Positions 21,044 through 28,800 of a stretch of 28,800 nt of DNA are shown in pieces. Numbering within the stretch: the stretch's first letter is position 1; every line of letters starts with the position of its first letter. The notes under the pieces are model-generated. The model did no database searches. It was not told the origin of the DNA and saw only the letters and a program-made list of their open reading frames with translations. A program made the translations under genes and the position numbers. The stretch is from Octopus sinensis (Eukaryota): assembly GCF_006345805.1 (NCBI RefSeq), contig NW_021833203.1:1-28800 (forward strand), written 5' to 3'.

Positions 21044-22806
21044 GGAATATTCCAGGGAGACACGCTCTCTCCCCTCCTTTTCTGCTTGGCACTGTCACCT
21101 CTATCTGATATGCTAAATAGAACTGGATGCGGATATAAATGTTACGGCAAAACGATCAGCCACCTTTTATATATGGATGACCTAAAACTATACGCTGTAA
21201 ATGACAAACAGCTGGAAACACTATTAAAGACAGTTCATGGATTTACCAAAGAAATAGATATGAAATTTGGATTAGAAAAATGCGCCAAAGTACCATGAAA
21301 AAAGGAAAACTAGTTAAGAGTAACAACATCACACTAGATAAAACCAATGAAATAAAAGAATTAGACCAAAGCCAAACTTACAAATATTTAGGAATCCATG
21401 AACTAGATAAGACACAACACCACAAATGAAAGAGAAAATAAAAAAAGAATATTATAGACGAGTTAGATCAATACTAAAAACAGAGCTCAATGCTAAAAAC
21501 AAGATAATAGGTATCAACACTTTAGCTGTCCCAGTTATAAGTTACAGCTACAATATCCTTAACTGGACACGAAATGAACTGTCCAAAATAGATAGGAAAA
21601 CAAGAAAAATACTGACAGGATCTAGGATGCATCACCCAAAATCTGACATAGAAAGACTATATATACAACGTATAGAAGGTGGTAGAGGCCTTATACAGCT
21701 GGAAACTACTATAAAATAACCCCATAGGACTGCAAAAATACCTACTTCAGAGGAAGGAAAACTGATCCAGATAGCAGCAAAACACGAGCAAAACAAAAAA
21801 CTGTTCTCAGTATTTAAGGAAGCTGACAAATCCAACAAGAAAATCATACCACCTAATAAACACAAAGAAGAAGAAGAGATGATGAAGAAACAACAAAAGC
21901 TATAAACAAAATGAAATCCAAACTAAAAATAGAACAGCAACGAGCCATGATAAAACGATGGCAAGAAAAGCCCCTTCATGGTAAATACTGCACTAAACTA
22001 AACGCAAAAGAAATAGACAAAGAAAATCCCAGCAATGTTGAGATCTCAGGACTCAAAGCAGAAACAGAGGGATTTTTAATTGCAGCACAAGACCAAAGCC
22101 TCCCCACCAGAAATTACCAAACATGTAATGAAAAGAAATTAACAAGTAACTGCAGAATATGTGGAGATGGACAAAAACAATAAATCATATATCTCTAGCT
22201 GCCCAGTCTCTGGCTAAGAAGGAATATATTCACAGACATGACAGAGTTGGAACCTACATACATTGGAAGCTATGCCAACATTATGGAATAACAACAGAAA
22301 AAAGATGGTATAGGCAACACCCAGAAAAGGTCACAGAAAACGAGAAAGCAACCATACTCTGGGATATGCCGATACACACAGATAGAGAAATTAAGGCCAA
22401 ACAGACAAGATATAGTTGTCAGAGATCATGAAGAAAAAAATGCTTTCTAATTGATGTATCAATACCGGCAGATGACAACGTGTCCTAAAAGAAATGGAGA
22501 AACTCTCAAAATACAAAGACCTGGAAATAGAGATAACTAGAATGTGGAATCTGAAAACAGAAACAATTCCTATCATAGTAGGTGCATTAGGCATGATAAA
22601 AAAATATTCAGACAAATACATAACAAAACACAAGACTTACAAACACATAAACATACAGAAATTGCACTACTAGGCACTGCACACATCCTACGCAGAACAC
22701 TTTCCATACATAACCATCAGAGCATCACAACAAATCACAGCACATACCCAAGGCACACAAGCTGCGCTCGTAGTGAAGTGAAAGCACGCTATAAATAAAA
22801 CTACTG
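21041..22806 (+). mobile_element. 5'-truncated R4/Dong-type non-LTR retrotransposon (RT, CCHC, restriction-like endonuclease), frameshifted
   Basis: RGIFQGDTLSPLLF and HLLYMDDLKLYA (RT), YKYLG, RLYIQRIEGGRGL, CRICG..INHI..C (CCHC), HRHDRVG, ILWDMPIHTDR, LIDVSIP, EKLSKYKDL and IPIIVGALG (RLE). The 3' end runs into (TAA)n. Confidence 0.9.
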
Positions 22807-22852
22807 AATAATATAAAATAATAATAATAATGAATAATAATAATAAATAATA

Positions 22853-22919
<67 letters not shown>

Positions 22920-22970
22920 TAATAAGGATAATGATTGATGATATGATGATGATGATGATGATGATGATAA
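22807..22970. repeat. (TAA)n/(GAT)n microsatellite
   Basis: Visible directly; it forms the 3' flank of the LINE. Confidence 0.95.
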
Positions 22971-23200
22971 GGTACTTTTGGTTATCTCACCCCCATTAAA
23001 ATATTGGGTTGTCTCCCCAACTAAAAAATTGTTTACACCTCAATAAAACAAAAACAAAAAAATAGGAAAAATTAATAAACATGAAAAGCTAAAAGATTAA
23101 CCATCTTACTGAATCTGGTAATAATTTTATAGTAAATCTTACAATACTGAAAATAATTGATAAACATAGAAACCGAAAAAAATTAATCATCTTATTGAAT

Positions 23201-23599
23201 CTTTTTACTCTTTACTCTCTTTTACTTGTTTCAGTCATTTGACTGCGGCCATGCTGGAGCACCGCCTTTAGTCGATCAGATCGACCCCGGGACTTATTCT
23301 TTGTAAGCCCAGTACTTATTCTATCGGTCTCTTTTGCCGAACCGCTAAGTGATAGGGACGGTTGTCAAGCAATGCTAGGGGGACAAACACAGGCACACAA
23401 CCCCCCCCCCACACATATATATATATACATATATACGACAGGCTTCTTTCAGTTTCCGTCTACCAAATCCACTCATAAGGCATTGGTCGGCCCGGGGCTA
23501 TAGCAGAAGAAACTCTGCCACAAGATGCCAGGCGCAGTGGGACGAACCCGGAACCATGTGGTTGGTAGCAAGCTACTTACCACAGCCACTCCTGCGCCT
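23201..23599 (-). mobile_element. Family A SINE, full length
   Basis: Aligns to the other family A copies; the head ends ...cacagccactcctgcgcct. Confidence 0.9.
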
Positions 23600-23950
23600 A
23601 ATAACATTTTTATAACAAATCATGCCATGTCTATTGAGGAGGCTAAAAGTCAACAATGTGTTGAAGTACTGAATCAAAAGGATCTAACTCTTTTAATCCA
23701 ATCCCTTGGTCGCCATATTAACTCGATTTTTTTTAGTGGGGAGGTAACCGAATTTTATAACGGCAATGTTTTAATGGGGGTGAGATAACCAAAAAGTACC
23801 AATAATAATAATAATGATGATGATGGTTGTTGTGGTGGTGGTGGTGGTGGCGGCGGCGGTGGTGGCGGTGGTGGTGATGATGATGATGATGATACTGATG
23901 ATGATGATAATGATGACGATGACGATGACGATGATGATGATGATGATGAT

Positions 23951-24470
23951 ATGCCTTCAATCAGTACCAGGATTTTGATCTTAACTGATTGGAAGTGTTT
24001 TCATGTACATTGTTTTGTCTTGGTATAAAAGTTGGGCTACAGCAAATATTCTGCTCAATACCTCAGATTTGCTTGTCAGTTGTTTGACCTTACCCAGTTG
24101 ACCATGTCCCTTGGTGGCTGACGATATGTGCATCTCTGATCACGAGCAGAAGTAGTGGGAAAGCATCATAGCCATGTGTTGAGAGGAATTGTTTGGGGTT
24201 TGGATAATTTACCTTTGGAAACATGGGTGTTTCGTTCAACATCCTTAAACAACCCTTATTCAGGGACCTTTTGAGCGGTATGGACTACACCACCTGAAGA
24301 AAATTCTAACTGGCCCCCACTTGCAAGGTCATGCTCGGTTTATCTTGACATGAGATCACCATGTCACGCTAGTGTACCCTTATCAGACGGGTAGTCATGA
24401 TGGGTATACTGGGCTTCGTATATTTTACTCCAGTGTCACTTTGATGGCATGCACTGCTTTCTCACTCAAT
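23951..24470 (+). mobile_element. Non-coding interspersed element D, copy 1 (strand arbitrary)
   Basis: Aligns along its length to 24587-25130; bounded by (GAT)n and (AAC)/(AAT)n. Confidence 0.75.
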
Positions 24471-24515
24471 AACAACAACAGCAACAACAACAACAACAAT
24501 AACAATAACAATAAC

Positions 24516-24555
<40 letters not shown>

Positions 24556-24586
24556 TAATAATAAAATAATAATAATAATAAAATAA

Positions 24587-25130
24587 ATGCCCTGATGCAG
24601 TACCAGGCAGTGGCTCTCATGGCTTCTGATCTTAACTGATTGGAAGTGTTATCATGTACATTGTTTTGTCTTGGTATAAAAGATGGGCTACAGCAAATAT
24701 TCTGCTCAATACCACAGATTGCTTGTCAGTTTTTTGTATTTGAACCCTTGAACCATTGACGATATGTGCATCTCTGATCACGAGCAGAAGTAGTGGGGGA
24801 GCATCATAGCCATGTGTTGAGAGGGATTCTTTGGGGTTTGAATAGTTCACCTCTGGAAACATGGGTGGTTCTTTCAACATCCTTAAACAACCCTTATTCA
24901 GGACCTTTGAGCGGATGGGCTACTCAACCTCCTGAAGAATATTTAACTGGGCCCCACCTGCAAGGTCATGTGCTGTTTATCTTGATATGAGATCACCATG
25001 TCGCGCACATATGGTTGTGATGCATGTGCCTGGTGTACCTTTATCAGAGGGTAGTCATGATGGGTATATTGGGCTTCGTATATTTTACCCCAGTGTCACT
25101 TTGATGGCATGAACTGCTCTCTCACTCAAT
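24587..25130 (+). mobile_element. Element D, copy 2
   Basis: ATGCCCTGATGCAGTACC...CTCACTCAAT; bounded by (AAT)n on both sides. Confidence 0.75.
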
Positions 25131-25142
25131 AATAATAATAAT

Positions 25143-25217
25143 ATGCCCTGAGCCAGTACCAGGCAGTGGCTTTTGATCTTAAATGATTGGAAGTGTTATT
25201 GTGTTCCCTCACTCAAT
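25143..25217 (+). mobile_element. Element D, 75-bp mini-copy (5' end joined to 3' end)
   Basis: ATGCCCTGAGCCAGTACCAGGCAGTGGC...GGAAGTGTTAT is joined almost directly to CTCACTCAAT-AATAA. Confidence 0.7.
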
Positions 25218-25365
25218 AATAAGATAAATCTTGTTATATATAGGGATGGTCAGTTTTTCTTTTCATGCCAAATAAACACACAACTATATACTCGTTTTTC
25301 GTTTCAGATTTATCGTTGTTCTTATTTTAGATTCATTTGTCTGGATATCCTTCGTTACACAACAC

Positions 25366-25478
25366 GTGACCCCTTCAGCGACTCTCCATCCCATGTGTCT
25401 CTCCCTGTTTTGTTTAGTCCATTCTGTCCAAACAGGACTGGAAGAGACACGTTGAATGGGGGGTCACTGAAGTGGTCA
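25366..25478. repeat. Imperfect long palindrome (hairpin; MITE or structured RNA)
   Basis: GTGACCCCTTCAG/CTGAAGTGGTCAC, then CGACTCTCCATCCCATGTGTCTCT pairing with AGAGACACGTTGAATGGGGGGTCA, then CCTGTTT/AAACAGG. Confidence 0.65.
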
Positions 25479-26329
25479 CAGGATGTGTGATAAAAGATTT
25501 CCAAGCATAAAATAAGAACAATAATATACAAGTGAAGAACAAATATAGGATCTTTTGTTTGGTTGCAGCTGTGGAAACTTCAACTTTTATCGCTAATTTT
25601 TAAAATTTGGTGTATTAATGTAGTTTTCCAAGCTGAATATCAGAACATATATTTCAGTTTTACCGGAAATGTTTTTAAAAAAAGTTTTAGGGGTTTAAAG
25701 TTTGATCATTTTGACCCATTCAGAAAACAAGATTTGGAAGCTGTCATTCTGTGCGTGACCTGTATGAAACTGTAAATAAATAAACTTCTGCTTTATGCAC
25801 GACATATAAACCCTCATAACTTTTTCATTTGGTGGGGGTGGGGGTGGGGGGTAATTTACAGAAATTTTTTGTGAATTTGTATTCTACACTCGGGAATTCA
25901 TACGATTATCCAAAAACAAAAACAAAAATATTGGGGGGTTGGGGCATGATTTAAGGCCTATTTGGCTGTTATTTTTAGCATATCTTCTTGATCAGGGTAG
26001 AAGCAGCAGAACACAGCGTCGAAGTATATGCTTTTGCGTAGAATATATTTGTCAACACATGCTATCTCGCAGACAAAAGAATTCTCATGTTTGGCTTGTT
26101 ACTATGAACACAGACATGAATGTGTTTGTGGCTTACGATTGGTTAAAATAATCCAAAGTTTGCAAACTTTAAAAGCTAATAACTCTTTATTTATTGATTT
26201 AAGGTGAAAATGAATTTCATGGCATTGATTAGCACATAAAACTACATCATTACACCGAATAGTGAAATAATTTGTTTTTAACGTTTGAACTCGAGTAAAT
26301 AAACTATAAATAATAGCATATAAATGTTG

Positions 26330-26515
26330 GTTTCAAATTTTTGCACAAGGCCTGCAATTTTTTAATGAAAAGGCTAAGTTGACTACATCGACCCCTGTAC
26401 TCAGCTGGTACTTATTATTTTATCGACTCCGAAAGAAAGAAAGGCAAAGTTGATCTCGGCGGAATTTGAACTCAGAACATAGAGAGAAACGAAATGCCGC
26501 TAAGCATTTTGCCCA
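26330..26515 (-). mobile_element. Family B SINE (variant tail)
   Basis: ggtttcaaatttttgcacaagg...gaaaggcaaagttgatctcggcggaatttgaactcagaac...gctaagcattttgcc. Confidence 0.8.
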
Positions 26516-26549
26516 GGTTTATTCTATCTTTTTTTTTTTTGCTTTTTCA

Positions 26550-26750
26550 TCTTTTTACTTGTTTCAGTCATTAGACTTCGGGCCATGCTGGAGCACTGCC
26601 TTGAATTTTTAGTCGAATGAATCGACCCCAGTACTTATTCTTTTCGTTTTTAAGTCTGGTACTTATTCTACTGGTTTCTTTTGTCAAACCGCTAGGTTAC
26701 GGGGATGCGAACACACCAACGCCAATTATCAAGCGATAGTGTGGGGAGAA
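26550..26750 (-). mobile_element. Family A SINE 3' half (split copy)
   Basis: tttttacttgtttcagtcattagact...ccgctaggttacgggg...tcaagcgatagtgtgggg, followed by (TA)n. Confidence 0.8.
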
Positions 26751-26775
26751 TATATATATATATATATATATATAT

Positions 26776-27285
26776 CACGCCCTCCTTCATCATTTTCTAT
26801 ATGTCTGTTTCTCCTCTTCTCTCTTTTTTCTCTCTCTCTCTGTCTCGTTGCTCACACGTGACCGTCTTCCATCTTTATTTTCCTCACGTGACCATCTTTC
26901 TTTTCCTGCAAGGACGTGCTTTTCTCTCTCTCTTCTATCTTTTCTCTTTTCAAAAAAATGTTTGTCACATCGTTCATTAATTTCCCTTCGTTCTGGTCTG
27001 ACAACCTTCCATGTTTGTTTTCGTTCGGTTTCCTTGTATGTCTTCACTGTGATGTTTTCGTTCCCAACTTTGACCCTCCATAAATCCTAAATCTTATTTT
27101 AGAATTTATGGGAGCCACTGTCTTTGGAAACTTATATTGTCGTTGAATGCTCGAAATGAGGAGTAAATAGACAGCCGACAACTGATGAAGGGTCTTTTCC
27201 CTGTATTTACTTGTCATGTTTTCCATTTTTTCTCGTTGTTTATGTATTTCATGTTGCTTGAACCGTTGGTGACATTCTGTACCCA
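26776..27285. other. ~510-bp unclassified insert within the SINE microsatellite
   Basis: Lies between the two halves of a family A SINE and is bounded by (TA)n and (CT)n. Confidence 0.45.
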
Positions 27286-27325
27286 TCTCTCTCTCTCTCT
27301 CTCTCTCTCTGTATATATATATATA

Positions 27326-27482
27326 TACGACGGGCTTCTTTCAATTTCCGCCTACCCAAATCCACTCACAAGGCTTTAGTCGACCCGAGGCTTTGTTAGA
27401 GGACATTCGCCCAAGGTGCCACGCCATGGGACTGAGCCCGGAACCATATGGTTGGGAAGCAAGCTTCCTACCACCTGCGCCT
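27326..27482 (-). mobile_element. Family A SINE 5' half (split copy)
   Basis: tacgacgggcttctttcaatttccg...gcccaaggtgccacgc...ggaaccatatgg...ctgcgcct. Confidence 0.8.
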
Positions 27483-28126
27483 ATGAAAAATCTTGCTAAC
27501 GATTCTGCCAACTCACTGATTTTATAGCATGTGAATATTAAAAAAACCTGATTCGTATCCCATAAACAGCCTTCGACATTTTTTTTTTATCCAAAGGAGA
27601 TTAAAACTTGATATTTACATGATATTTATAGCTTTATCAACTTTGAGTTCAACCATATGTTTGTTTTCGTTTCTTTTTTTGTGGGGGAGGGGGTTAAATA
27701 CATTACTATTTTCAGTTTATGTACAAACAGTGCATATATTTTACCACAAAGTGTGCCGCCAGTCAAAAACCACTAATGAAGATGTTTTATCATTTTTATC
27801 GTTTACTCCGCTATAATGTGGCTTGTTGGTTTTGATAAAGCTTCCACCATTTAAATTATCCACCGAGCATCTTACTAATCTTTGTCTGAAGGCAACAAGA
27901 ACTTCCTGTTACCAACCAGCAAAGCAAAAACACGTAAGAAAATAAGAAAAAGAATAAGAAAAATAAATAAATAAAATTTGATCTTGTGAAATTTCTACCA
28001 ACCACTTTTGGTATTTCAAATTTTCATCAGAATATATATATAGTTTTTAATGTAGTCCTGCATGCTGATGGCGAAAATCGCATTTCTATTTTTCTTTTCT
28101 AACAACTAATAATCATTTCTACTAAA

Positions 28127-28278
28127 GGCACAAGGCACGATATTTTGGGGGAGGGGAATAGTCGATTACATTGGTCCCCGTGTTTTACTGGTACTTATTT
28201 TATTGACAACGAAAGGATGAAAGGCAAAGTCGATCTCGGCGGAATTTGTACTCAGAAAGTAAAGACTGACGAAATACC
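28127..28278 (-). mobile_element. Family B SINE (variant tail), 3' part
   Basis: ggcacaagg...ttgggggagggg...actggtacttattt...gaaaggatgaaaggcaaagtcga...gacgaaatacc. Confidence 0.8.
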
Positions 28279-28501
28279 TATTTCTTTACTGCCCACAAGG
28301 GGCTAAACACAGAGAGGACAAACAAAGACAGACAAACGGATTAGATCGATTATATCGACCCCAGTGCGTAACTGGTACTTATTTAATCGACCCCGAAAGA
28401 ATGAAAGGCAAAGTCGACCTCGGCGGAAGAGCGTAGCGGCAGACGAAATACTGCTAAGCATTTCGCCCGGCGTGCTAACGTTTCTGCCAGCTCGCCGCCT
28501 T
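28279..28501 (-). mobile_element. Family B SINE, full length
   Basis: Aligns to 733-958 with a small deletion. Confidence 0.9.
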
Positions 28502-28800
28502 CTTTTCTAGAAAGTAATAATAAAGAAATTACATCATTGAAGAGAATTTGGAAAAAAAATCTGGTGAAATTTAAGTCTCTCTGAAATGTATTGAAGTAAG
28601 TAATAAACAGTGAGTAAAAGAAATCTTTTGGTGATTTTTTTTACATATTTGAGTAGAGACTGAATCTTATTTGAAAAGCAGACGACATATTTCGGCGTCA
28701 AAGAAGGAGGAAAAAGAAATATACATTAGGATACGATCATAACAGGGAAAACGTAGTTTAAATGTGTGTGCGTGCGTGCACATGTGTGTGTATATGTGTG

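Noticed and set aside
24632-24990. ORFs of 82 and 65 aa in element D
   Set aside because: The frames are not preserved in the paralogous copy at 23951-24470, and no motif is recognisable.
25495-26320. AT-rich stretch resembling DNA-transposon internal sequence, including a G-run tract at 25831-25851
   Set aside because: No TIR, TSD or transposase motif could be identified. The G-rich tract has only three long G-runs plus a GG, which is weak support for a G-quadruplex.
27182-27215. CTGATGA followed by a short stem (hammerhead-like)
   Set aside because: The stem is followed by GTATTT instead of GAAA and there is no stem III or cleavage triplet. At most a decayed relic.

Overview
AT-rich, microsatellite-saturated eukaryotic non-coding DNA. 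The SINE repertoire looks like a coleoid cephalopod (Octopus), which is an inference from recognising the repeats. No host gene can be supported, and almost all ORFs in the track are microsatellite artefacts. The window holds three tRNA-derived SINE families (about 25 copies or fragments), a 5'-truncated R4/Dong-type (RLE) non-LTR retrotransposon inside (TAA)n, a 555-bp internally deleted mariner, Helentron/Helitron-like fragments, a decayed Penelope-type GIY-YIG endonuclease flanked by ~600-bp inverted repeats, two degenerate minisatellites (one built from a SINE core) and three head-to-tail copies of a microsatellite-embedded element. The most notable structure is a ~1.96-kb fold-back element (9002-10961). 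Each of its ~550-bp near-identical inverted arms carries a complete type I hammerhead ribozyme core with an unusually long stem II and a palindromic stem III. The two ribozymes point away from a spacer that contains CCAAT and YY1-like motifs. All alignments, identities and folds were judged by eye; boundaries are approximate unless a TSD or TIR is quoted.
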